Origin: Thermodesulfobacteriota bacterium
GTDB lineage: Bacteria; Desulfobacterota; Desulfarculia; JACQYL01
Direction: 5' to 3'
Assembly (NCBI GenBank): GCA_963675595.2
Contig: CAXXLZ010000002.1
Coordinates: 1,984,001 to 2,048,000, forward strand
Length of the DNA stretch: 64,000 bases
The notes beneath the pieces were generated by a model, which ran no database searches, was not told the origin of the DNA, and saw nothing but the letters and a program-made list of their open reading frames with translations. Positions 42,129 through 51,999 of this stretch are shown piece by piece; positions within the stretch are counted from its first letter, which is position 1, and each line of letters begins with the position of its first letter. A program made the translations under genes and the position numbers.

Positions 42129-42931
42129 ACCATATACAGCAGCGCGGAAATCAGGACATTCCAAAGAATACAGGACAACATGCAGTACACCGCGGCCTTA
42201 CTGGTCTGCGGAGGAATGCGCGTGATGCTCCGTTCCGCTTTCATTCCCAAATACAGACTGATGTTGGCGATGATAAGGCCGAACCCCGCTCCTTTGACCA
42301 AGCCCGCCAGCAGATCGCTTTTCCCCACCGCGGCGGGAAAAGTTGAAACGATGTTGGAAAAGGGAATGCCCGTCAACAGCCAGCCGAAGAAATAGCCTCC
42401 TACAATGGCGCAAAGGTCAAAATACACGAATAAAGCCAGAAGCGAAACCGTCATGCCCGCCAATCTGGGTACGGCCAGGTAGTGCAGCGGTGGGATCCCG
42501 TCCATGGCCAAGGCCTCGACTTCCTTCAACGCCGTCATGTATCCCGTCTCAATGGAAATGGCCACCCCGGAGCGCAGGATGACAAAGAACGCGGTCATAA
42601 TGGGCCCCACTTCCCGGATGATGATCACCACCAGGAAGCTGTCCAGCAATTCCGCGCCTCCCACTTTGGAAAGCTGCTGATAACCTTGAATGACGATGAG
42701 GCCGCCAAGGATCACGGCGATCAGGCCGAGTATGGGAAGAGATTGCACTGCGGTAAAGTAGATCTGTCGGCGGATGATTTCGGAGATGACCTTTCTTCCG
42801 TTCCGACGGTAGGCCCAGGACGCACGCCGACACTGATTGAAGAAAGCGAAGCCTCCCAACAGGCCGGACGCGACCCGGAGGAATCGGCTCCCCACAAACC
42901 CGAAAAAATCACCCAACCGGGCTGTGACCAT
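42125..42931 (-). CDS. MlaE-family ABC permease
   Basis: QIYFTAV, IIREVGPIMTA, RSGVAISIETGYM..KEVEAL..GIPP.HYLAVPR. Confidence 0.9.
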   Translation of the reverse strand: MVTARLGDFFGFVGSRFLRVASGLLGGFAFFNQCRRASWAYRRNGRKVISEIIRRQIYFTAVQSLPILGLIAVILGGLIVIQGYQQLSKVGGAELLDSFLVVIIIREVGPIMTAFFVILRSGVAISIETGYMTALKEVEALAMDGIPPLHYLAVPRLAGMTVSLLALFVYFDLCAIVGGYFFGWLLTGIPFSNIVSTFPAAVGKSDLLAGLVKGAGFGLIIANISLYLGMKAERSITRIPPQTSKAAVYCMLSCILWNVLISALLYMV

Positions 42932-42957
42932 GCTTCGCCTCCGGGCTGATAAGGTCT

Positions 42958-44115
42958 TCAGCTCTTCTTCATCAGGAACCTGAGCTGAATACGGTTCTGA
43001 GAGGCCTCTAGAATATCGACGCGAAAGGTCTCAAAATCCTTCAAAGCGAGTTCGTCGGCCAATTGCTGGGCGTTCCCCTCGAATTCGACCTCCAGCTTGG
43101 CTTTGCCGCCCCCGTAGGTCCGCTGGAATACTTTGGCCACCCCCCGCACCTGCTCTTTTAACAATCCCTTAAAACGCACGAAAGTAGCGTAATTCACCGT
43201 GTCGACGATGTCCACCGTGATGAGGGCCGCTACGGTCTGCCTGGCCCAAGAATCCACGATCCGGTTCACCAGCGACTTGGCGGCCACTTGGGAAGCCTTG
43301 TTCAGCGCTTCGACGCTTCCGGACATGGAATCGATGTGTGCGGCCGCAGCGGAGGCATTGGCGGATGCAATCACTTGGCCGTTGTCCACCTGAATGGCCT
43401 TGACCGATATTTCAGCGCGGTAGGAATGCATGTTGAAATCGCGGATTTGCCCTGCGTCTTTGGCCACGGCCCTACCGAACACCACCACTTCGGCGTCGTA
43501 ACGCCTCCCCAAGGCGGCGGCGTCCTTGTCCGAGGGCTCCGCGACATTCAGGCCGGGACTCTTCAAACTATGATCCACCACGGTGAAATGGTGATCCACA
43601 AAGTACTGCTGGAACGAGGTGTCCACAGTGAACCGACCCAAACCCGCCGAACCTTGCCACCAACCGCGAGGACCGGCCCCGCCGGAATCCTGTTCCGCGA
43701 TCATAAAAAGCACCCGTGGCCTGCCCATCTTGCCGATGAGCCGATCCAAGTCATCCTTCAAGGGGCCCATCTTAACTCTGGCTTCGATGGTCACTCGAAG
43801 CATTCCCTCTTCGACACGCTCGTTCAGCAAGTCATAGCCTTCTATGTAGCCGGCGGAACGCGCCGTGATCTCGTCGCTGATCACGGTAAAATTCTTGCTG
43901 AGGGTTTCGGAATCGATAAGAACGCCGACGGCGAGCTCCACCGCGTTGCGTTGGGCGTCCCTCAAAGCCCGGTCCCGGGCCAGGGCCGCGTCGCCGGCCA
44001 GAATCGCCCCGACTCCCTCGGCCTTGACCGTTTGCACCCCGGGTCCCGCCGCCCATGCATGGAGGGCCGATAGGACCACGAAGCACACCGCGAAACAGAA
44101 TAGGATTTTCTTCAT
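42958..44115 (-). CDS. Exported FlgT-N-terminal-like domain protein
   Basis: Signal peptide; AEG.......ARDRALRDAQRNAVE...GV.IDSET pattern followed by a CsgG/TolB-N-like region. Confidence 0.7.
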   Translation of the reverse strand: MKKILFCFAVCFVVLSALHAWAAGPGVQTVKAEGVGAILAGDAALARDRALRDAQRNAVELAVGVLIDSETLSKNFTVISDEITARSAGYIEGYDLLNERVEEGMLRVTIEARVKMGPLKDDLDRLIGKMGRPRVLFMIAEQDSGGAGPRGWWQGSAGLGRFTVDTSFQQYFVDHHFTVVDHSLKSPGLNVAEPSDKDAAALGRRYDAEVVVFGRAVAKDAGQIRDFNMHSYRAEISVKAIQVDNGQVIASANASAAAAHIDSMSGSVEALNKASQVAAKSLVNRIVDSWARQTVAALITVDIVDTVNYATFVRFKGLLKEQVRGVAKVFQRTYGGGKAKLEVEFEGNAQQLADELALKDFETFRVDILEASQNRIQLRFLMKKS

Positions 44116-44177
44116 GGGTCACCCCTTGGCGATCAAACGAAAATCTATTGGACGTTTGGAATTCATTTCGAATCTCA

Positions 44178-45881
44178 TCACAATGTGGTGCCGAAAGTGA
44201 AGAATTTGGTTTCACCCGCCTGCACACGTACGGTACCCAGATCGACCTTTACTACACTGCGTTCTTTCAGGTCCAGGGAATCCGCCCCCAGCACGTATTC
44301 CCCCGGAGGGACATACAGCTTGGCGACCCGAATCTGGTGAGGCAAAGTCTGCCAGAATCTCAGGTCCGCACGCTCTGAAAGCACGGACGCAATGCTGCCC
44401 ACGACTCCCACCACGCGCCCCCATCCTTCGCCCCACCGTTGACTGACCTGCTCCTGGATGGCTTTGGTCGCCGCGTATTTCGCCGCCGCGCGAATTATGG
44501 CTTTGGCGACGATTCGTCCTTTTCGGTTTTCCAGGTTCTTCAAAGCGATTTCGCCCACGGGTTCGCCAAGACGGCTGCGGGCTTTGTGCACGGCCTTTTG
44601 GTCGACCCCCACGGCGGTGATCTCCGAAACCACCACCCGAAAAGGACGCTCCTGGTACATAGGAAAGGCCAATTTCACGATATGGCCGTCCGGAAGGGGG
44701 CTGGTGATGCTGCTCTCGACCTTTACCGGAGATTTGCCGTTGAAATGGATGAACACCAGGGTCGCGAGCTTCCTGCGATCTTCCAGGGTTTTGAACGGCA
44801 GGTCTCCCACACTCTTGCGCGCCGACTTCCAGTCATCGCCGCCCATCCATCGGGCAAGCCTCAGGTAGTCCTCTTTGAGCAACGAGGGCGTTCCCACACC
44901 ATAGTTCGTTCTGTAATCCTCTTCGTAGAGCTCGACGGCTTTGCGGTAGGAAACGTAGGCATCGTTCAGGTTGCCCGAACCGGGCTCCGCTTCGTACATC
45001 ATGCCCATAAGCCAGCGGACGAAAGCGTCTTCTTTGTAGACGTTCTTCTTGTCGGAAGGATACTGGTTGTTGATGGAGGCCAGTTTGGAATCGACTTTCC
45101 GTGCTTCCACCAAAGCGTCTTCCATCATGCCCCGCCGCGCGTATCCCAGAGAAAGAAACAAATTGAGCAGTACGGATTCGAAATCCTCCCCGCGATAGGG
45201 AGCGGTGAGATCGTTGATGATGAACGTGGATGCCTGTACGGTGAGACTTTGGGTGTAGAGTTCCTGGTCCAGCCGATCCGCCTCGGTGAAGAGTTTCACC
45301 GCGGCTTCGTCACGACCGGCATAGAGATTCATCAGAGCCGTCTCCATAAGATGGAGCAGCCGGTCCTTTCCGAACTCTTCTCGACTCTCTTTAAGGGCCG
45401 ACTCCGCCGAGTCGAAATCGCCCTTTTCGCACAGCGAAGCCACCTGTTCGTAAACGGGAAGCTGCGGTCCGGCGTCCCCGGATGACTCCACCGTCTGTTG
45501 GATGGAAACCGGTGCGGATTCTTCATCTGAGGCCTCGGCTTCGCTCGTGGGCTGAGGCAAGGTGCGCCCATCGGCCTTGTCGCGCTCCGACTTTTCCTCG
45601 CGGCCCGGACCTTGCCGGGCCTTGTGGCCGCCGTCGGAAACCCGAATGAGGCCGGGACCGCCCTCCGCGGAAAAAGGATCGTCCCGCTGATGCACGGGGG
45701 CCGTTGCCTTGCAGGCGACCATCCACAACAAACACAATACCAGGCCGACCGGAATGAGCCGAGAGGCCCGTAACCACGTATTCCGCTCTTCCGGTCCCTC
45801 TCGCGGCACGAGAACGCTATCTCCCGATAACCGTGCCCGGTTCCGATTTTCAAGACGAACTGAAGCACTGCGTTCGGACAT
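44178..45881 (-). CDS. COG3014-family lipoprotein
   Basis: Lipobox MVAC, YRGEDFE, ALVEARK, AYVSYRKA and ADLRFWQTLP. Confidence 0.8.
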   Translation of the reverse strand: MSERSASVRLENRNRARLSGDSVLVPREGPEERNTWLRASRLIPVGLVLCLLWMVACKATAPVHQRDDPFSAEGGPGLIRVSDGGHKARQGPGREEKSERDKADGRTLPQPTSEAEASDEESAPVSIQQTVESSGDAGPQLPVYEQVASLCEKGDFDSAESALKESREEFGKDRLLHLMETALMNLYAGRDEAAVKLFTEADRLDQELYTQSLTVQASTFIINDLTAPYRGEDFESVLLNLFLSLGYARRGMMEDALVEARKVDSKLASINNQYPSDKKNVYKEDAFVRWLMGMMYEAEPGSGNLNDAYVSYRKAVELYEEDYRTNYGVGTPSLLKEDYLRLARWMGGDDWKSARKSVGDLPFKTLEDRRKLATLVFIHFNGKSPVKVESSITSPLPDGHIVKLAFPMYQERPFRVVVSEITAVGVDQKAVHKARSRLGEPVGEIALKNLENRKGRIVAKAIIRAAAKYAATKAIQEQVSQRWGEGWGRVVGVVGSIASVLSERADLRFWQTLPHQIRVAKLYVPPGEYVLGADSLDLKERSVVKVDLGTVRVQAGETKFFTFGTTL

Positions 45882-46037
45882 TCGGGTCGGTTTGCACGCC
45901 TGATGGGCGATTGCCTCTAGTCGAAGATTGGCCGTATTCTCCTCACTTTCTCATTTCTAGGCACAAGAGACCAACGCGCCGATGCTCTCTGACGCATGGC
46001 CCCGAAACCTTATTAAATTAGGAGAAATCCCAGGATT

Positions 46038-46646
46038 TCAGAAGGTGAACCGTGACCGGCTCACCACTTTCTTGATCTGCTTCTCCCCGATCCAGGACTT
46101 TCTGTTGCTTTCCAGCTCGGTCAACTCCATATTCACCTGATAGAAGATCACGTATTCGCCTTTGATCTCATCCTTGATCGAGTTCACCGTGCCGTGGAGC
46201 ATGAAATCGGCGCCCGTTTCCCCGCTCAGTGACTTGGCGGTTTCGGCGCTGGTAAATCCGGACTGCATATCCGCCTTTTCTTGTCTCAAGGCCCGACGCT
46301 CGTCTTTCGAAGCGACGAAATCAACTTCGCCCGAATTGATCAACGCGCGCTCCAAATTTTTTTCGAATACCTGGGTGTTGATGTGCTCATGGCTCCGGTT
46401 CAGAATATCCCCCACGATGACCACGGGAGGCTTTCCGCCGTGAGTTTCACGAAATCGGCCCAGCCAGGGACGACTCAGGCAGTCGGCGATCATTTCGTCG
46501 GCCACGAGCCGCGCGTCCGTGTCGTTCCAACGACCGCTCAAGTCCACGGTTTCCGTAATCTCCGTTCGACGCACTTCCGGAGCCGCCGAACAGCCCAAAA
46601 CCAACAGTACCACCGGAATCACCACCCACATGCTCAATCTCGTCAT
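46038..46646 (-). CDS. lpoB: LpoB-like lipoprotein (PBP activator family)
   Basis: Lipobox VLGC, DLSGRWNDTD, NRSHEHI and GADFMLHG; GAGGAGG RBS. Confidence 0.8.
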   Translation of the reverse strand: MTRLSMWVVIPVVLLVLGCSAAPEVRRTEITETVDLSGRWNDTDARLVADEMIADCLSRPWLGRFRETHGGKPPVVIVGDILNRSHEHINTQVFEKNLERALINSGEVDFVASKDERRALRQEKADMQSGFTSAETAKSLSGETGADFMLHGTVNSIKDEIKGEYVIFYQVNMELTELESNRKSWIGEKQIKKVVSRSRFTF

Positions 46647-46850
46647 CAGGACCTCCTCTTCACATTTGTTTACCTTTTGACAAATACCACGATGGTGCCC
46701 ATGGTGCAATGATGTCGTACATCGCGGAAGCCCTCCGGCGGGCCGTGCCGAGCTCCCCCTTTTTCCTTGAACGCACGACCCGAAGTTGTTAATTAGTGCC
46801 TTTAACTTAAGCGATGCAACGGGTCAAGAAGGACCTCCCGGAGGAAAACC

Positions 46851-48146
46851 ATGCTGGAACCGCAATTCCTGAACAAACTGACATCGGCTCGCCGATCCCA
46901 ACTCATGGACCGTTCCATGGAGGATGTGTCCGCGGTTTTGGAGGACATGAGGAAGATCGTCCGAAACATCGCCGCGGACGGGGATATGGTTACCGTTCAG
47001 CACTATCGTAAGCTCAAGGACGACATTTCCGAATCGGACCTCAAAGTAACACGGGAAGAGACGGAACGAGCCTATGAAGAATTAGACTCCAGGATCATCG
47101 ACGGCCTCAAACAGGCCATCCGAAATCTGGAGCGCTTTCATCGCGCTCAACTGGAACGGGAAATGTGGATCATCGAGGTGGCCCCGGGGATCCTGGCCGG
47201 GCGAAAGACCACTCCCATGGACATTGTGGGCGCCTACGTTCCCGGTGGGAGAGCCGACTACCCTTCGAGCGTGCTCATGAACATCGTGCCCGCCAAAGTT
47301 GCCGGCGTTTCCCGAGTGGTGGCCTGCACCCCCCCCGGGCCGGGCATGTCCGTGAGTCCCGCCACCATTGTGGCGGCCGATTTGGCGGGCGCGGAAGCTC
47401 TCTACAAAATGGGAGGGCCCTGGGCCGTGGGCAGCATGGCCTACGGAACGCCCCTGGTTCCCAAAGTGGACAAGATCGTGGGTCCCGGAAACAAATACGT
47501 TACCGCCGCCAAGATGGCGGTGTTCGGTGTCGTGGATATCGACTCTCCGGCCGGTCCCAGTGAGGGCCTCATCCTGGCGGACGATTCCGCCCGAGCCGAC
47601 TGGGTGGCCGTGGACTTTCTCAGCCAAGTCGAGCATGACCCGGACGCGGCCGCGGTGCTGATCACCACTTCGGAAAGGCTGGCCCGCGAAACCGCAGGTC
47701 ACATTGAACGCATTTTTGAAACCGTTCCCCGTAAGGAAATCATTGGCGAAGCCCTGAAGAAAAATTCCGCCATACTCATCGCCGACACCATGGATGCGGC
47801 CATTGAGTTCACCAACGAGTACGCGGCCGAGCATTTACAGCTATGGACCTCGGACGTGTGGCAGACGTTGACGCGTATCCGACACGCGGGCTCCATTTTC
47901 ATGGGACCCTACTCCCCCATTCCGGCGGGGGACTATGCTTCGGGGACCAACCACGTGCTTCCCACCGGCCGATGCGCCCGCATGTTCAGCGGACTCAGCG
48001 TGGACGACTTTATCAAGAAGCCCACTTTCCAATATCTTTCCAAGGCCGGGCTCGAAGGGCTCAAAGAGTCCGTCATTCACCTCGCCGAGTACGAGGGACT
48101 CCCCATGCACGCCCAAACCATTCGAGTACGTTTCGAGGAAGACTGA
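46851..48146 (+). CDS. hisD: Histidinol dehydrogenase
   Basis: [33 protein letters not shown] and [13 protein letters not shown]. Confidence 0.94.
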   Translation: MLEPQFLNKLTSARRSQLMDRSMEDVSAVLEDMRKIVRNIAADGDMVTVQHYRKLKDDISESDLKVTREETERAYEELDSRIIDGLKQAIRNLERFHRAQLEREMWIIEVAPGILAGRKTTPMDIVGAYVPGGRADYPSSVLMNIVPAKVAGVSRVVACTPPGPGMSVSPATIVAADLAGAEALYKMGGPWAVGSMAYGTPLVPKVDKIVGPGNKYVTAAKMAVFGVVDIDSPAGPSEGLILADDSARADWVAVDFLSQVEHDPDAAAVLITTSERLARETAGHIERIFETVPRKEIIGEALKKNSAILIADTMDAAIEFTNEYAAEHLQLWTSDVWQTLTRIRHAGSIFMGPYSPIPAGDYASGTNHVLPTGRCARMFSGLSVDDFIKKPTFQYLSKAGLEGLKESVIHLAEYEGLPMHAQTIRVRFEED

Positions 48147-48163
48147 AGCGGTCAATAGACAGC

Positions 48164-48305
48164 CCGTTGAAAAAAGCCGGCTGCGGAAGGTTGGTGAAAA
48201 ACGATGAGATGCAAGGCGCACAAATCCTGAGGAATGAGTCGTACATAGAGTACGTCGCAGTGACGAGTGATGTAGCGCAACGTCGCGGATCGCGTTTTTC
48301 AACGG
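48164..48305. repeat. ~140-bp palindromic intergenic repeat (REP/MITE-like)
   Basis: Termini CCGTTGAAAAA / TTTTTCAACGG (11-bp perfect IR); core GCAAGGCGCACAAATCCTGAGGAATGAGTCGTAC...GTACGTCGCAGTGACGA; partial copies elsewhere in the window. Confidence 0.8.
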
Positions 48306-48597
48306 CCCGTTGAGAATACCTGCGGGGAATCCCTACCCAAGGGAACGGATTCCCCGTCGTTCTTCTCCAAGGCTGTCCGTCTCATTCTCAGCACAAGACC
48401 GCAGGCAAAGCGACCTCTTTTTGCGCGGGATTCATTTCGTAGAATCGAACAAAAGGAACGGCGGGACGTGGCCTCGTCCACGCCGTGACGTTCGTTGACC
48501 GGGATGGGGGGTGCGGAGGGAAAAGGGGCGGGGCTTCGCCCGGGTGAACATGCGGAAGGCGAACGCCTCCCGTGAGCCAAGACCCGGCGTGGAACGG

Positions 48598-48948
48598 TTA
48601 AGCGGGCCCCTTCTTAATGAATCGCAGCAGTCCCGTGCCGGGAAGCCTGACCTCCAGGGAGTCTTTCGATATCTTTCCCAGTACGATGCCTCCCTCCCGG
48701 GTGCGGAAACGAATATCACCATCACTCTCATCCCATCGGAAGGTCACTTCCTCCTCGGAGGTTCTCCACACTCCCTGATGGTCTTCTTTGAGTTCGATTT
48801 CCGTGCCGGCATGGCTCGAGTTTTCACCGTCCGGTACCTCGTAGACCCCGATATACCCTTCGGGCTTGCTACAGGCCCAAAGGCAGACCACCAGAAGAAT
48901 CAGCACCGCCGACGTCGCCCAATTCAACGACCGATTTCTCCGATTCAC
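48598..48948 (-). CDS. Small lipoprotein
   Basis: GTG start after AGGGGG; basic N-terminus, hydrophobic core and lipobox LWAC. Confidence 0.7.
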   Translation of the reverse strand: MNRRNRSLNWATSAVLILLVVCLWACSKPEGYIGVYEVPDGENSSHAGTEIELKEDHQGVWRTSEEEVTFRWDESDGDIRFRTREGGIVLGKISKDSLEVRLPGTGLLRFIKKGPA

Positions 48949-48959
48949 CACATCCCCCC

Positions 48960-49457
48960 TCAGGACGCTTCGGCCAATGACCGGTTTTTCAGACCCAACC
49001 CGCCTCTTCGAAGCAACAGAATCCGATCGAAGAAAAAGACCTGCATGATCAACGCGAACCATGACAGGTCCCGAAACACTTCCCACCATCCAATCTGCGG
49101 TCCCACACTGTCGAAACACCCGCAGCTGATGTTCGATCCTCGGATTATGTTGATGAGGATGGCCGCGGTGAATCCCAGCAGCATGGCCCCGATGGTAAAC
49201 GAGGCCGCCCTGGTGACCAGTCCGATCACCAGAAAAAGACCGCAGATCAATTCGAGCCAAGGCACGAACACAGCCAAAAGGTTGATGGACCACCACGGAA
49301 ACAACCTATAGGCAATAAGGTTCTCCGCGAATTCCGCCGGGTAGGGAATCTTACTCATACTGGCGTAAATGAAGACCAAGCCCAGGTACAACCTCAGCAC
49401 CAACGCCAGGTGCGGACTCGTCACAAATCGCTTTATCGATTTTGGCATTCCCGTCAT
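48960..49457 (-). CDS. DoxX/MauE-family membrane protein
   Basis: RLYLGLVFIYASMSK, PWLELICG, ISCGCF and RD. Confidence 0.88.
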   Translation of the reverse strand: MTGMPKSIKRFVTSPHLALVLRLYLGLVFIYASMSKIPYPAEFAENLIAYRLFPWWSINLLAVFVPWLELICGLFLVIGLVTRAASFTIGAMLLGFTAAILINIIRGSNISCGCFDSVGPQIGWWEVFRDLSWFALIMQVFFFDRILLLRRGGLGLKNRSLAEAS

Positions 49458-49460
49458 AGT

Positions 49461-50387
49461 TTAGGAATCTTCCTGTACCGCCACGGGGTACTGTTGCTTC
49501 TCCCATCCGGAGAGTCCCTTCTTCATGATCGACACGTTACGATGACCTCTCAAGACCAGACGATAGGCGACCTCCGAATCATAACGACGACTTACGTTGC
49601 GCCCGTAGACAATGATGGGTTTCTCCTTGTCCATGGACCCGAATTGCATCATGTACACAAAATCGAACACGGGCAGAGGAAGATTCACCGCACCTTTGAT
49701 GTGTTCCTCGTCGAAAAAGTTCGAGGGGCGGGCGTCCACCATGACCGCTCCCCGGTCAAAAGCCGCCTTTCCTTCCTCCGGGGAGACGAAGGTCACGGAG
49801 TCGTGCGCGTACGTTTTCGGAATCCACGGAAGGCCGTTGGGGTTGGCCGTGTTGAAGATAAGTCCGCAAAGCACGACCACGGCCGCAATAAAGGCAAAAT
49901 CCAACCAGGTAAGCCTCGGCGGCTGCAGAGCTCGTTCCGTGGCGGTCTGCAGCCGAGCCTCATCCCGCAGCAGCCATTCGGACATCTGTTTCACAAAGGC
50001 CAGGGACACATCGGGATGCCCCTGTAAAATCCGATCGAACTCTTCCTTAGGCAGCACCGTAACTTCGGTCTCATCCAAAGCACGGATGCACGCGGAACGG
50101 GGTTTTCCGGTCAACAAAGCCATTTCACCGAAACTGTCCCCGGGGCCCAGCACGGATAGCTGAGTTTCGATACCCTGGTCCCCTTTGCGGAACACCTGTA
50201 CTTTTCCCGAACGAATAATATAGAAGCTGTCTCCGGGGTCTCCCTGCTCAAAAATCATGGTGCCCGGCGACAGCGTCTTTTCGGTGACCACCCGGGCGAA
50301 CTCGAGGAGCTGTTCACGGCTCACACCCTCGAAAAGGGAAGCCCCCGCGAGTGTAGGCCTCATGTCTTGCTCTTTTGGGTCGTCCAT
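49461..50387 (-). CDS. cNMP-binding domain, TM and rhodanese-homology domain fusion
   Basis: GDSFGEMALL..PRSA, one TM, then VDAR....F...HIKGAVNLP and GLSGW. Confidence 0.85.
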   Translation of the reverse strand: MDDPKEQDMRPTLAGASLFEGVSREQLLEFARVVTEKTLSPGTMIFEQGDPGDSFYIIRSGKVQVFRKGDQGIETQLSVLGPGDSFGEMALLTGKPRSACIRALDETEVTVLPKEEFDRILQGHPDVSLAFVKQMSEWLLRDEARLQTATERALQPPRLTWLDFAFIAAVVVLCGLIFNTANPNGLPWIPKTYAHDSVTFVSPEEGKAAFDRGAVMVDARPSNFFDEEHIKGAVNLPLPVFDFVYMMQFGSMDKEKPIIVYGRNVSRRYDSEVAYRLVLRGHRNVSIMKKGLSGWEKQQYPVAVQEDS

Positions 50388-50453
50388 GCAAGCCGCCTTA
50401 ATATGCTCACCCCGGAAGCGCGTCCGGGGTACTCGTCCAAAAAGCCGATACGA

Positions 50454-51023
50454 TCATTTGAGATGTTGCCTGATCTCGGCAAGAAACTGCTCCACGTTAT
50501 GAATGACGCCCTGGTGGGTGAGGACGATTTTTCGATCCCGATCCAGCACCACGGCGTAGGGCGTGTCGGGCTCCCCCAATTGCTCGAAAATCGTCCCGCT
50601 TTCGTCGGGGATCAGGGGAAACTTTACCCGAAAGGCCTTTCGGAACATCTTTACGTCTTCGTAGTCCGATTCGTGGGCCACGCCGACGATCTTCACGGCC
50701 TTGTCCAATGCGGGATCCTGCACCAGGTAATTGTGAAGTTTGTTCATGTTCGGGGCGTTTTTCTGGCAGGCCTGACAGAGAACGCCGAAAATATCGACGT
50801 ACAAAAGCTCCGCGGGCACGTCGGATCTGTGAAACTCTTTTTTTGCTTCGAGCCCTAAATAAGCCCGATCCTTGTCCGACGACGGGGCGGAAAAAGTGAA
50901 ATCGGGAACCACTTCCCCGACTTTGAACTTCGGCTCTCCTGCGGATGCGAGGCGGACGGCCGCCGGCCCGGAAAGCACTAGAACGCAGATGACCAATAAA
51001 CACGCGACGCTTTTCAATTTCAC
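50454..51023 (-). CDS. Exported TlpA/AhpC-TSA thioredoxin-like protein
   Basis: Signal peptide, CQAC redox motif, FPLIPD and TP cis-Pro loop; GTG after AAGGAG. Confidence 0.85.
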   Translation of the reverse strand: MKLKSVACLLVICVLVLSGPAAVRLASAGEPKFKVGEVVPDFTFSAPSSDKDRAYLGLEAKKEFHRSDVPAELLYVDIFGVLCQACQKNAPNMNKLHNYLVQDPALDKAVKIVGVAHESDYEDVKMFRKAFRVKFPLIPDESGTIFEQLGEPDTPYAVVLDRDRKIVLTHQGVIHNVEQFLAEIRQHLK

Positions 51024-51258
51024 GACGGGTCTCCTTGGGTTCGATGGGCCGCCGATGAAAGGCGGAGGTTTGAGTGTACCACAGGTGCCGGCGGAAGGGT
51101 AGTCAGTTCGGAAGAGGAGGTGTGGGAAATCAACCGGATTCCGGATCATCGAATCACCTGCGATCCGGCCGAAGATGGAAACATTGGGGGCTCCTTGCTG
51201 CGGGGAGGGACGACCCCGCCTGAAGTCGTCCCTCGTTCGGCGCGAGTCTCTTCCTCAC

Positions 51259-51816
51259 TCACACCTGCAAAATGGCGGATGCCATGGAAGAGGCCCGGCG
51301 CAAATCCTCCTCATTCGGGCGACCTGAAATGTCCCCCAAGCGACCGATCTCATTAAGAATCTTGAATCTTCCGTGGTACTCGCCCACGAAATGCCACTCC
51401 GCGAGAACCGTAAAACCCAAATGGTCCGGAAGCTGGCTCAGATATTTGGTGGTGGGTACCGCCTCGTTGATTCCCGTATGGCTTCCGCCGAACGTGCAAT
51501 ACACCACGGCCTTCTTCCCCTCCTTTTTCGGGGCTTTGGGCCTGACGTCGCCGTTGATGAGATCGTTCCTCAGGTATTTCTTATGCTGCCGCATCAGGAA
51601 TTCCATCATATGCTTGCCCGGAAGCCATTCGTAAACCCCCGACCCGACAAACAGAAAATCGTAATCGAGCAGGTCGATGGTCTCCGGATCCAGGTCTTTG
51701 GTGACTCTCACGGTGTCCACCTTATGCCCGAGGGCTTCGGCGGCCGAACTGATGGAGTCGGCCACTTTCCGGGTATTCGAGGTCGACGTGTAGAACAGAT
51801 TCAGCACTTTCATCAC
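51259..51816 (-). CDS. Flavodoxin-fold protein
   Basis: YTSTSNTRKVA phosphate loop, YDFLFVGSGVY, YCTFGG and RPNEEDL. Confidence 0.82.
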   Translation of the reverse strand: MMKVLNLFYTSTSNTRKVADSISSAAEALGHKVDTVRVTKDLDPETIDLLDYDFLFVGSGVYEWLPGKHMMEFLMRQHKKYLRNDLINGDVRPKAPKKEGKKAVVYCTFGGSHTGINEAVPTTKYLSQLPDHLGFTVLAEWHFVGEYHGRFKILNEIGRLGDISGRPNEEDLRRASSMASAILQV

Positions 51817-51954
51817 ATGCCTCCTTGTTCAGGCCGTTATTTGGTATTGCCATGCTCTTGGATTCAACCGAAACACGTTGAAGCGGCGACGTCCGAAGAT
51901 TACGGACGGAAGCAAGCTCCGATTTCCACCCGTTCGGTGGAAATCGAGAGTAAA

Positions 51955-51993
51955 TGTATTTTATATTACTCTTATTGTCTACTATAAAATACA
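51955..51993. promoter_or_regulatory. Symmetric AT-rich palindrome (operator or bidirectional promoter)
   Basis: Perfect IR TGTATTTTATA-N17-TATAAAATACA. Confidence 0.6.
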
Positions 51994-51999
51994 GCATCA

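Noticed and set aside
47841-48313. ORFs containing MQGAQILRNESYIEY
   Set aside because: They are translations of the intergenic repeat and overlap hisD.
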